A program made the translations under genes and the position numbers. DNA of 64,000 nt. Source: Candidatus Omnitrophota bacterium (GTDB lineage: Bacteria; Omnitrophota; Gorgyraeia; Zapsychrales; JAHFFX01). The stretch is from the NCBI GenBank assembly GCA_023247725.1, contig JAHFFW010000004.1, positions 19,921 to 83,920 of the forward strand, written 5' to 3'. The notes under the pieces were generated by a model. That model saw only the letters and a program-made list of their open reading frames with translations. It was not told the DNA's origin and did no database searches. Positions 18,948 to 27,974 of this stretch are shown in pieces (position 1 is the first letter of the stretch; each line of letters starts with the position of its first letter).

Positions 18948-19625
18948 ATGCCTAAGCGTCCATTGACTCAAAAGGAGGCTTATAAAGCGGGAACAGACCA
19001 CCAGTTTGTTGACTCCATTGAGCTGGGTCCATGGACATCGTACAGTCTTTTGCATGACCCCAAACATATGTGCTTTGCCCTGTCCCGGTACAAATTTTGT
19101 GCAAAGGTATTGGAGGGAAAGGCCAACGTTCTGGAGGTGGGCTGCGGGGATGCCTTTGGGATTCCCATCGTGGCCCAGGCGGTGCAGCGGGTGGTGGCGG
19201 TGGACCCGGAGGACCGGCTGATCCGTTCCAATAAAAAAAGATTGAGGGGCATAAAGAACATTGAATTTCAAAGGCTTGATATCTGTGAAGAAGTTCCTAA
19301 AGAAATTTTTGCTGCTACGTTTTCCGTGGACGTCATTGAGCATCTGGATGCTCATTTGAACGGTGCTTTTATGCGCCATCAGTGTGAGTGTCTGCATCCC
19401 GACGGCATTTGCATCGTGGGGACCCCCAACATCACCGCCGGAAAATATGCCACGCCCCGCAGTCGGATCGAACACATCAATCTCAAAAGTCATGAGGCCC
19501 TGCGCGAGCAGATGGGAACATACTTTAAGAATGTCTTTATGTTTTCCATGAATGATGAAGTCGTGCATACCGGATTTGCGCCCATGGCGCATTATCTCTT
19601 TGGTGTCGGGATGGGTCTGAAATGA
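18948..19625 (+). CDS. Class I SAM-dependent methyltransferase (paralog A)
   Basis: VLEVGCGDAFG motif I; about 60% identical by eye to the ORF at 23346. Confidence 0.7.
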   Translation: MPKRPLTQKEAYKAGTDHQFVDSIELGPWTSYSLLHDPKHMCFALSRYKFCAKVLEGKANVLEVGCGDAFGIPIVAQAVQRVVAVDPEDRLIRSNKKRLRGIKNIEFQRLDICEEVPKEIFAATFSVDVIEHLDAHLNGAFMRHQCECLHPDGICIVGTPNITAGKYATPRSRIEHINLKSHEALREQMGTYFKNVFMFSMNDEVVHTGFAPMAHYLFGVGMGLK

Positions 19626-20833
19626 AAAGCCAGACCAAGGCAGAATACAAAGTTGTGGCCAGGCGCGAATCCTGCGCAATCTGTCATTCGTCGGACCTTG
19701 CGGTTTTGCTGGATCATCCCGGGCTCCCTTTGACGGGAATTTTTTCCCAGAAACCGATGGAGGAACAGCCCAGCGGCATCGACCAGCAATTCCTATTTTG
19801 TTCAGCCTGCGGCCATGGGCAATTGGCCTTTGCCGTGGATCCATCCCACCTTTATGACGAGACTTATATTTTTCGCACCTCCTTAAGTGCCACGGCCCGG
19901 GCCGGGACAGATTTTTTTCTGAATTTTTTGAAATCCATCCGGCCGCAATTGGATTTTCAATGCGCCCTCGATATCGGGTGCAATGACCTGTATTTGTTAA
20001 AACAATTGCAGGATAAAGTCCCAATCCGCGTCGGGATCGATCCCATGTGGGCGGCGCAGCCCCTTCCGGATCACACCGAAGGGATTGGGCTCATCGGCGG
20101 GACGCTAGAGGAAGCCGATGTGATGGGGGCCACTCACCGACGGCCTGACCTCGTGGTCTGCCGTCACACCCTCGAACATATTTTTGATCCCCGGCAAATG
20201 CTGGAAAAACTCGTCTCCATAACCTCCGATCAAACCCTTTTTGTTTTTGAATTGCCGGGATTGGACACGCTCATGGAGCGTTCGCGATTTGACCAGATTT
20301 TTCACCAGCATTTGCAATATTTCTCTTTGCACTCGCTTTGCGGGCTGATGCGGCTGTTCAATTTGCATCTGATCGATTACCAAATCCATTATCATGACTG
20401 GGGAGCCATGGCGGTGGCCTTTTCCAAACAAGGACGATCTGCCAGGGAACAAGATCCCCCTTTTCGGTTCGATATCCGCGTCATGAAGGATCGGTTTAAA
20501 ATTTTTCAGCAGCATCTGCAACGCGTGGGCCGGATTCTCGATTCCTTTAAGGATTCGGTGATCTATGGGTATGGGGCCTCTGCCATGTTGCCGATCCTCG
20601 CTTACCATATGCAGCACGATCTCGGTCTTTTGCAGGCTGTCCTTGATGATGATATCCGTCGGGCTGGACTTTATTATGCGAATCTACCGCTCAGGATTCA
20701 CCACCCCAGCGAAGTCAAAAATTTCACTGAAACCAATATTTTTCTAACCGCCGTTGATTCGGTGGAGCCGATTTTGACGAAGTTAATGGCCAGCCGGCCC
20801 AAAAATATTATCTTTCCTTTGGAGGCGATGTGA
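19622..20833 (+). CDS. NDP-sugar C-methyltransferase, TcaB9/TylCIII-like, with N-terminal zinc-ribbon domain
   Basis: CAICHS...CSACGHG four-Cys N-terminal domain, DIGCNDLYLL methyltransferase motif, C-terminal extension typical of this C-methyltransferase family. Confidence 0.65.
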   Translation: MKSQTKAEYKVVARRESCAICHSSDLAVLLDHPGLPLTGIFSQKPMEEQPSGIDQQFLFCSACGHGQLAFAVDPSHLYDETYIFRTSLSATARAGTDFFLNFLKSIRPQLDFQCALDIGCNDLYLLKQLQDKVPIRVGIDPMWAAQPLPDHTEGIGLIGGTLEEADVMGATHRRPDLVVCRHTLEHIFDPRQMLEKLVSITSDQTLFVFELPGLDTLMERSRFDQIFHQHLQYFSLHSLCGLMRLFNLHLIDYQIHYHDWGAMAVAFSKQGRSAREQDPPFRFDIRVMKDRFKIFQQHLQRVGRILDSFKDSVIYGYGASAMLPILAYHMQHDLGLLQAVLDDDIRRAGLYYANLPLRIHHPSEVKNFTETNIFLTAVDSVEPILTKLMASRPKNIIFPLEAM

Positions 20834-21612
20834 TGGAATTGGGTATCCGCGGAAAAAAGGCTCTCGTGACCGGATCCGGGCGTGGCATCGGTCAGGCCAT
20901 TGCCTTGGCGCTGGCTCAGGAAGGCGCCAAGGTTGCGGTTGTGGCCCGCACAAAGAATGACATTGACCGGCTCATGCAACAGATGGCAGGAGGTAAGACC
21001 GGTCATTGTGGTGTGAGTTTGGATCTGACGGTCGAAGGTGCACCGAAAAAGTTGGTCCAGGTTTTGAAAACAAGGGATTTTCCTTCCTTTGATATCGTCG
21101 TACATAACCTGGGAAGTGCTCTCGACATTCGCGATCCATTCTGTTCGCTGGACCAATGGCGGCAGGTCATGCGGATCAATTTTGAAATCGCCGTGGAATT
21201 GAATCTTTTGTTAATCCCGGCCATGCAGAAAAAAAGGTGGGGACGGGTCGTCCATATTTCGTCCATTGCGGCCATGGAAAATCAGGGGCCGGTGACGTAT
21301 TGCGCGGCCAAGGCGGCCTTGACGGCTTACACGCGCAGTATGGGTGGTGTTGTTGCTCCCGACGGGGTTGTGATGTCCGCGGTTTTGCCCGGGGCTGTCT
21401 TTACGGAAAAAGGTTATTGGGATATCGCCTCCCGAACGAATCCGAACCATGTGAGAAAATTCCTCACTGAACGCCAGCGCATTGGGCGCTTTGGCGAGCC
21501 GCAGGAGATTGCCCATTTTGTCACCTTTTTGTGTTCGGACTTGGCCTCCTTCAACACCGGGGCGATTGTTCCCGTCGATGGGGGACAGGGGAGAGGTTAT
21601 TTTGGGCAATAG
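20830..21612 (+). CDS. SDR-family oxidoreductase
   Basis: ALVTGSGRGIGQAIA, YCAAK motifs. Confidence 0.8.
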   Translation: MMELGIRGKKALVTGSGRGIGQAIALALAQEGAKVAVVARTKNDIDRLMQQMAGGKTGHCGVSLDLTVEGAPKKLVQVLKTRDFPSFDIVVHNLGSALDIRDPFCSLDQWRQVMRINFEIAVELNLLLIPAMQKKRWGRVVHISSIAAMENQGPVTYCAAKAALTAYTRSMGGVVAPDGVVMSAVLPGAVFTEKGYWDIASRTNPNHVRKFLTERQRIGRFGEPQEIAHFVTFLCSDLASFNTGAIVPVDGGQGRGYFGQ

Positions 21613-22414
21613 GGTTGTTCCACCAAAAGAGGAATGGCAAATCCATAACGCGTATCGCCGCCGGATCGTGGACATGGTCTGCGAAGGAAAGGATGGCCAT
21701 ATCCCGAGCGCCTTCTCCATTATTGATATCATCGCCGTCCTTTATCAATATTATTTAAAATTTGATGCGAAGAATCCCGCCTGGGAAAAGCGGGATTATT
21801 TCATTTTGAGCAAGGGCCACGGGTGCCTGGCCCTTTACGTTGTCTTGAAAGAACATGGCTTTTTGACCGAAAACGATTTGAATGGATTCTGCCAGCCCGA
21901 CGGAATTTTGGGCGAACACCCCGATGCAACGAAGGTTCCGGGAGTGGAGCTCTCCACCGGTTCGCTGGGCCATGGCTTTTCCATGGCGGTGGGAATGGCC
22001 TTAGGTTTACGCATCCAAAATAGGAATAACCGGTTGTTTGTTTTGGTCGGCGACGGGGAATGTCACGAAGGAACCGTGTGGGAAGCGGCGAATGTCGCCA
22101 ATAATTTGCAGCTGGGAAATCTTTGTGTCGTCGTCGACTGGAATGGTTCGGCCGCACAACTCATGCCGCGCGATGATCTGCCGGCCAAATGGAAGGCCTT
22201 CGGCTGGGAAACCCACGTCATCGACGGCCATTCCGTGACCGAATTACGCCAGGCCTTGGACCGAATTGCTTTTAAAAGTGTGGGAACCCCGACCGTGATT
22301 GTCGCTAAGACGATCAAAGGAAAAGGCGTTCCCTTGTTAGAAGGTCACGGGACCTGGCATCACCGGATTCCTAAACCCGACGAGTACAAGATCATCATGG
22401 AGGCCTTGGCGTGA
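21602..22414 (+). CDS. Transketolase N-terminal (ThDP-binding) subunit of a split transketolase
   Basis: SKGHGCLALY, GSLGHGFSMAVGMA, VGDGECHEGTVWEA (GDG ThDP motif). No in-frame ATG near the 5' end. The TTG at 21602 preceded by GGGAGAGG is proposed; the track ORF starts at 21482 inside the SDR. Confidence 0.75.
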   Translation: MGNRVVPPKEEWQIHNAYRRRIVDMVCEGKDGHIPSAFSIIDIIAVLYQYYLKFDAKNPAWEKRDYFILSKGHGCLALYVVLKEHGFLTENDLNGFCQPDGILGEHPDATKVPGVELSTGSLGHGFSMAVGMALGLRIQNRNNRLFVLVGDGECHEGTVWEAANVANNLQLGNLCVVVDWNGSAAQLMPRDDLPAKWKAFGWETHVIDGHSVTELRQALDRIAFKSVGTPTVIVAKTIKGKGVPLLEGHGTWHHRIPKPDEYKIIMEALA

Positions 22415-23343
22415 GCGCCTCACCCATTCGTGATCAATTCGCCCAAACGATGCTGGAGGTCGGAGCCGCTGATTCGGATCTTGTGGTTTTGGTGGGTGAC
22501 ATCAGCCATTTCAAATTGCAGCCTTTTGCGCAAGCGTGCCCCGGGCGGTTTTATAACATCGGAATTTGTGAACCCACCATGGTCAGCATGGCCGCGGGCC
22601 TGGCCAAGGTCGGGCTTATTCCGGTCGCTCATACCATTGCCCCTTTTTTGTTGGAACGTTCCTTTGAGCAGATCAAACTGGATTTTGGGTATCACCAATT
22701 GGGAGGAAACCTCATCACCGTCGGAAGCGCCTTTGATTATGCGAATCTGGGATGCACCCATCACTGCTACGATGATTTTGCCTTACTGGGAAATCTTCCC
22801 GGAACCCAACTTTTTTATCCGGGAAGCGCTGTGGAATTTGATACCCTTTTTCGCCAAGTCTATCGCAGGGGCCGTCTCAATCTTTTTCGTCTTCCGGCCA
22901 TCGCGCATCAACAAACCTGGAACAACGATGACATTATCCCGGGAAAGGCCATCCTGGTTCAGGAGGGAAGTGATTTGACGATTATCACCACCGGCCCTCA
23001 TCTGACAACGGCCTTGGCTGCGCAAGATGAGTTGCGCCAAAAGGGATTTCATCCCGAAATCATTTATATTCACACCATCGTTCCTCTTGACCGGGATCAA
23101 TTGTTAGCCAGCGTGCAAAAGACGCGCCGCATTCTCGTCGTGGAGGAACACGTCTTTCATGGCGGGTTGTCCAGTCGGGTGTTGGAACTGGTCCGCGGCA
23201 TTCGGGATTTACAATTTTCAAGTTTATGTCTGTCCAACGAATTTGCCACCCACTATGGTTCGTACGAGGATCAATGCCGGCGCGTTGGTCTGACGAAGGA
23301 AGGGATCCTTCGTCATGTCTTGGAAAAATTTTCTAAAAACTAG
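22411..23343 (+). CDS. Transketolase C-terminal (pyrimidine-binding) subunit
   Basis: VGDISHFKL, GICEPTMVSMAAGLA motifs; the start overlaps the stop of the N-terminal subunit gene. Confidence 0.8.
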   Translation: MSASPIRDQFAQTMLEVGAADSDLVVLVGDISHFKLQPFAQACPGRFYNIGICEPTMVSMAAGLAKVGLIPVAHTIAPFLLERSFEQIKLDFGYHQLGGNLITVGSAFDYANLGCTHHCYDDFALLGNLPGTQLFYPGSAVEFDTLFRQVYRRGRLNLFRLPAIAHQQTWNNDDIIPGKAILVQEGSDLTIITTGPHLTTALAAQDELRQKGFHPEIIYIHTIVPLDRDQLLASVQKTRRILVVEEHVFHGGLSSRVLELVRGIRDLQFSSLCLSNEFATHYGSYEDQCRRVGLTKEGILRHVLEKFSKN

Positions 23344-23345
23344 CG

Positions 23346-24038
23346 ATGCCAAAACCAAAGACCAAAGAGGCGCAAAATCAATTCCAATTCGACCATTACC
23401 GTGGGAAGGGACCCGTCGGGCTTGGTCCCTGGAGCAGTCATAGCTGGCGGGACGATCCAAAGCACATTGGGTTTACGCTGGCCCGGTACAAGTTTTGCGC
23501 CAAAATGCTTCATGGCAAAAAAGAAGTTCTGGAAATCGGATGCGGCGATGCCTTTGGAACCCCCATCATTTTGGAATCCGCTCGAAGGATTCATGCCGTC
23601 GATTTTGAGCCGCTCATTGTGGCTGATGCCCGGGCCCGCTATCGAAAAGAAGGAATGGGCCCGATCACTTTTTCAGTTGAGGACCTCACGGTGCGGCCGG
23701 TTCCCGGAAGTTTTGATGCGGTCTATTCGCTCGATGTTCTGGAACACATTCCGCAAAGAAAAGAAAGTCGTTTTATGAACAATATCGTTGCGAGTTTGAA
23801 ACCTGATGCGGTTTGTATTCTAGGAACCCCGAATAAAGAGGCCCGACGATTTGCCAGCAAAGCGAGCCAAGAAGGCCACGTCAATTTAAAAACCGCCCAG
23901 ACCTTAAGAATGCTCCTGATGCGTTATTTTAAGAATGCCCTGATTTTTTCCATGAATGATGAAATCGTGCATACCGGTTATTACCCGATGGCTCATTATT
24001 TATTGGGAATGGGTGTTGGGTTAAGGGCGCTATCATGA
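23346..24038 (+). CDS. Class I SAM-dependent methyltransferase (paralog B of 18948..19625)
   Basis: VLEIGCGDAFG; shared DPKH, ARYKFCAK and C-terminal FSMNDE(I/V)VHTG...PMAHYL blocks. Confidence 0.7.
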   Translation: MPKPKTKEAQNQFQFDHYRGKGPVGLGPWSSHSWRDDPKHIGFTLARYKFCAKMLHGKKEVLEIGCGDAFGTPIILESARRIHAVDFEPLIVADARARYRKEGMGPITFSVEDLTVRPVPGSFDAVYSLDVLEHIPQRKESRFMNNIVASLKPDAVCILGTPNKEARRFASKASQEGHVNLKTAQTLRMLLMRYFKNALIFSMNDEIVHTGYYPMAHYLLGMGVGLRALS

Positions 24039-24790
24039 CGGCGATGGACAAAAGTCTAACGGTTGTTGTCCCTGCCTTTAACGAGGAACAAAATATCCTC
24101 TCGGCCATTGAAAATGTAAAGGGTGCTTTGGAAGGGATGGACTGGGAAATCATTGTGGTCAATGACGGAAGCTCGGATCAAACCGGTTCTTTGGCGGAAA
24201 AAAAGGCCAAGACCGATGCGCGGGTCCGGGTCGTCCATAATGAAAAAAATCTCGGCTACGGACACGCCTTTCAGCGGGGGGTGGGGTTGGCCACGCGTTC
24301 TTACATTGGAATATTCCCCGGCGATAACGATATGTCGGCAAAATCCCTGCTCGATTTGGTGGAAAACATCGGCGACGCGGACATGATCACGGCCTATATG
24401 TCCGATAGCAAGAGGCGACCTTGGGGCCGGCGATGTCTTTCGCGTTTATTTGTTTTCTTGTTGAGCGTGCTTTTCGGGTTGCCGCTCAAATATTACAACG
24501 GTCCGTTCATTTGCCGGCGGGGATTATTACAATCCTTAGCCATCAAATCGGAGGGGCTGACGGCTTTGGCGGAGTGCAAAATTCGCCTGCTGAAAATGGG
24601 ATGCACCTATAAAGAAATCCGTTTTGACCATACTGGCCGCCAGGCCGGGCGTTCCAGCGCGCTGCGATGGAAAAGCATCAAACAGACTTTAAGAAATGTT
24701 GCCATCCTTTTTAAAGACATTTATCTGACTCCTCGGGTTCTTCAACAAGAACCGGGCAGATCAACATGGAAGAACGCATTAAAACAATAA
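24035..24790 (+). CDS. GT2 polyprenyl-phosphate glycosyltransferase (DPM1/CsbB/GtrB-like)
   Basis: VVVPAFNEE, VVNDGSSD, GYGHAF and C-terminal amphipathic region; paralogous to 30804..31526. Confidence 0.8.
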   Translation: MTAMDKSLTVVVPAFNEEQNILSAIENVKGALEGMDWEIIVVNDGSSDQTGSLAEKKAKTDARVRVVHNEKNLGYGHAFQRGVGLATRSYIGIFPGDNDMSAKSLLDLVENIGDADMITAYMSDSKRRPWGRRCLSRLFVFLLSVLFGLPLKYYNGPFICRRGLLQSLAIKSEGLTALAECKIRLLKMGCTYKEIRFDHTGRQAGRSSALRWKSIKQTLRNVAILFKDIYLTPRVLQQEPGRSTWKNALKQ

Positions 24791-24802
24791 AACCGGAGTA
24801 TT

Positions 24803-25318
24803 GTGTTCTATCTTCTTGCCAGTTGGTTTTTTTTTAGTTTGGCGGTTATCGCTCATATTGTTTGGTCGCGGAAAACAAGAAATCCATCCCGCTGGCTTGC
24901 GATGTTTTGCTTCATTGCTCTCATCATGCTTTGCGGGGATGTCGTCTTCGCTGGAATTTTTAGCCACGTTGTCGGAAACAATAGCCCTGGAGTAGCCACA
25001 TTGCCCCTCTACGGAACGGCGATTGTTTTTTATGTGATGTTGGTGCCCGTCTATACCTTGTTATATTTTGCCATGCTGACGGACAGTCCCTCGAAAATGA
25101 TTCTCAAGAAACTGCAAGCCGAGGGAACTTCGACCTATGAAGATTTATTGAAGCTCCTGACTTATGAAGAGGTTATTTCGCCGCGGTTGCAGGATCTTGA
25201 GGCCGGTGGCTTCATTCGTCGGGAAAACGATCAATATTGGCTTTTGCGTCGAGGGCACGGGGTGGCGAAATTGATTTCGCTTTGCCAAAAAATTTGCAAC
25301 CGGGGATTGGGAGGATAG
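24803..25318 (+). CDS. Small membrane protein with a C-terminal winged-helix-like domain (paralog 1)
   Basis: Two or three N-terminal hydrophobic helices, then YEDLLKLLTYEEVISPRLQDLEAGGFIRRENDQYWLLRRGHG resembling a wHTH recognition helix plus wing. Confidence 0.5.
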   Translation: MFYLLASWFFFSLAVIAHIVWSRKTRNPSRWLAMFCFIALIMLCGDVVFAGIFSHVVGNNSPGVATLPLYGTAIVFYVMLVPVYTLLYFAMLTDSPSKMILKKLQAEGTSTYEDLLKLLTYEEVISPRLQDLEAGGFIRRENDQYWLLRRGHGVAKLISLCQKICNRGLGG

Positions 25319-25330
25319 TCAAAAAAGAAC

Positions 25331-25897
25331 ATGTTCAGTATTTTTGATCAATTCATTTTGGTGATGGCAGGGCTTTCTTGCCTTTTCTTCATTGCGATTC
25401 AAGTCCTGGTGTTTCGTTTTATCGGTGCTGCCGGGGTCTTAAAGTGGCTTATGAACGTTTATTGGATCAGCACGATTTTGGGAGAAGGATTGACCATCTT
25501 TTTTGCCCGGAACGTATCGGCCTTCCATGGACGAGGACCGGCAGAGCTCGTGATCGTCTTTTTGGTATCCTTTATCCTTTACAGTTTAATGGCTTTTTTG
25601 TATGTCTTATTTATTTTGGGTCCTTACGAATCATCGGTCCGGTTACGGATTGTTCAGGAGATGGATCGCTATTATCCCAAAGGCTGCTCATTGGCGGCGC
25701 TTTTGCAGGCGTATAATACGGAAATTATTTTAAAACGCCGTTTAGGTCGCTTAATGGAGGCAGGAGATATATCCTACGACGGGCATTTATATCATCTTAA
25801 AAAGGAAATCAATCTCTTTTTGGTGACCGATCGAATGGTCGCCCAACTGAATGAATTCATCAATGGTCCTAAGGGCGATCAAAAGCAGTCCTTGTGA
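25331..25897 (+). CDS. Small membrane protein with a C-terminal winged-helix-like domain (paralog 2)
   Basis: Same architecture as 24803..25318 (TM helices, then LAALLQAYNTEIILKRRLGRLMEAGDISYDGHLYHLKK). Confidence 0.5.
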   Translation: MFSIFDQFILVMAGLSCLFFIAIQVLVFRFIGAAGVLKWLMNVYWISTILGEGLTIFFARNVSAFHGRGPAELVIVFLVSFILYSLMAFLYVLFILGPYESSVRLRIVQEMDRYYPKGCSLAALLQAYNTEIILKRRLGRLMEAGDISYDGHLYHLKKEINLFLVTDRMVAQLNEFINGPKGDQKQSL

Positions 25898-27974
25898 GAG
25901 AACCCCGAACCGGTCTTCGCTAATGCTTTTTATCGTTCCGGTTGCCTTCTGGCTCTTTTTGTTCCGTGATCTGGTCACGGCCAGGGCCTTTATTATCGGG
26001 GATTCCTTTAGCGTCTATTGTGTCGTGAAATTTTTTCTCGATTCCTTGCAGGAAGCGGTTTTTCCCTTGTGGGATCCTTTCTTAAATTTCGGTGAACCCT
26101 ATATACGGCATTTCGGTGAATTCAACCCCATCCTTATCCTCGTCGGAATTCTTTCGAAAACGGGGCTTTCCTTTTATCCGTCATTCTTGACGGCGTTTAT
26201 TATTTATTTTCTGTTGGGTGTGGCTGGCTTTTATTGGTTAGCCCTGCGGATTTTCCAAGATAAGGCGGCGGCGTATTTTTGTTTTGTGCTGCTTTTATTT
26301 TCTTCACTGGGCATGAACATCTTCAACCAAATCACCATTGTCTTGATCTATGTCCCCGTTGTCTGGTTTTTTTATTTTCTTTTGTGCTTTTACGAAAGCC
26401 CCGGGCATCGGGATTTTATGGGATGCGTGTTGACTTTATCAATGATTATCACGACGTATATTCCTTTTTATTTCTTGACGGTTTTCTTATTCATGTTTTT
26501 GGGCGTCGTTATTCTTTATCCTGCGGATGTGTCGGATTTTATTCGGAAATTAGCGGATTTTTTCCGCCCAAAAGCGATCTTTTGTTTTATCGGAGCGATC
26601 GTCCTGGCAATATCCCTAATGAGCGCCTGGTTCAATTACCGGTTGCTCAATTCGGATTTGAATGTTCCGGTTTGGCACTCGGCCACCCAGGCTTCCGCGG
26701 GCCTAGCCTTTGATTATGAACAACAAGCCACCAACGGAGCCATTCAAATTCCCTTGGGCAGGGGAATCTTTTCAGCTTCATTAATAGATATTCCTTACAG
26801 CAACGAGCGATTTTTTTATGTCCCGTTCTTTGTTTATCTGACGGTTTTGGCATTTCCCTGGACCCGCGCCAACCGGCGTATGGTGCTCTTCACGGGCGCA
26901 GGATTATTGCTTTTTTTTATCTGTTTAACCAAGGCTACGCCAGTTTATCCATTTTTCTTCAGGCATGTCTTTTATTTCAAATTATTCCGAAATTTGCATT
27001 TGTTCATTCCTTTTATCAGCTCCCTGCTGATTCTTTTGGCGGCCGAGCAATTGTCGGCTTTTTTTCAAATGGTTCAAGTCCATGGTAAAAAGTTTTGGGG
27101 TTATGGGTGGATTATTTTCTTTCATGCTGCCATTTTCGTTTTTTTATTGCGGCAGGAAGAAATTCTTTTAACGACTTTTTTGACGCTCCTGGTCAGTTTG
27201 GTATTTTTTTTGTTGGCGTGGGGTCGGCTTTTAACCCTCCGGAATGCCTGGACGCCCTGGGTGCTTTTACTGGCGATCATTTTGCAGCCCGTCGAGGTTC
27301 TCTGGGCTTTTCAAGACAAGGCCAAAAGTCATCACACGCCCATTATTGCCCGCGGTCTGCAGGCAGAAACCCGGCGCAGTGTTTTTTCCTATACGAGGCC
27401 GATGCCGAACGTCGTTGCAACTGACGTTGAGGATTACAATCTGTATTACAGTTATTTGGCCTTACGTGAAAATTCGCCGGTTTCCCCTTATCGTTATGGT
27501 TATCCGCCGCGTTGGTCGTATGAGCTTTCGCAAAATCTTGATCCTTTGACAGCCAAACTTCTTAGAAACCGTTTGCTCATTTTTAATTCTTCTCAAGAAG
27601 CAAGGATTTTGGGACTCGGGGCAGGCAGGTCCATCTGGGAGGGGTCGCAGGAAGTGCGCATCCTTCGCTTTGATCCAAACAAATTGATTCTCCAAACCCA
27701 TTTCTTAACGGAACAATTTTTTGTTCTGACGGATAGCTATCATCCGTTTTGGCGGGCCTGGATCAACGAAAAAGAGGTCCCCATCGAGCGTGCCCTGGGA
27801 GCCTTCCGAGGAATCAGGCTTCCTTGCGGACCCCAGGTGCTGCGATTGAAATATCAACCATGGGGAGCGGAAATTTTTCCCTGGATCACGATGATGATTC
27901 TGTGGTTAACCTTTGCGGATCTCCTGTATCTTTCTTGGAAAGGATTTCGTGGACGCAACCTTCGATCAGCATGA
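25851..27974 (+). CDS. YfhO-like GT-C-type polytopic membrane glycosyltransferase candidate
   Basis: More than 10 predicted TM helices. C-terminus SYHPFWRAWINEKEVPIERALGAFRGIRLPCGPQVLRLKYQPWG + TM matches the YfhO C-terminal signature and ORF 3058. The start is uncertain (25851, 25863 or 25923). Confidence 0.55.
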   Translation: MNSSMVLRAIKSSPCERTPNRSSLMLFIVPVAFWLFLFRDLVTARAFIIGDSFSVYCVVKFFLDSLQEAVFPLWDPFLNFGEPYIRHFGEFNPILILVGILSKTGLSFYPSFLTAFIIYFLLGVAGFYWLALRIFQDKAAAYFCFVLLLFSSLGMNIFNQITIVLIYVPVVWFFYFLLCFYESPGHRDFMGCVLTLSMIITTYIPFYFLTVFLFMFLGVVILYPADVSDFIRKLADFFRPKAIFCFIGAIVLAISLMSAWFNYRLLNSDLNVPVWHSATQASAGLAFDYEQQATNGAIQIPLGRGIFSASLIDIPYSNERFFYVPFFVYLTVLAFPWTRANRRMVLFTGAGLLLFFICLTKATPVYPFFFRHVFYFKLFRNLHLFIPFISSLLILLAAEQLSAFFQMVQVHGKKFWGYGWIIFFHAAIFVFLLRQEEILLTTFLTLLVSLVFFLLAWGRLLTLRNAWTPWVLLLAIILQPVEVLWAFQDKAKSHHTPIIARGLQAETRRSVFSYTRPMPNVVATDVEDYNLYYSYLALRENSPVSPYRYGYPPRWSYELSQNLDPLTAKLLRNRLLIFNSSQEARILGLGAGRSIWEGSQEVRILRFDPNKLILQTHFLTEQFFVLTDSYHPFWRAWINEKEVPIERALGAFRGIRLPCGPQVLRLKYQPWGAEIFPWITMMILWLTFADLLYLSWKGFRGRNLRSA

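Noticed and set aside
18786-20024. 412-aa ORF on the minus strand spanning the end of the E1-beta gene, the methyltransferase and the C-methyltransferase
   Set aside because: The translation is Arg/Gly/Pro-rich low complexity with no motif. It lies antisense to three well-supported + strand genes with clear family signatures, so it is a spurious antisense ORF.
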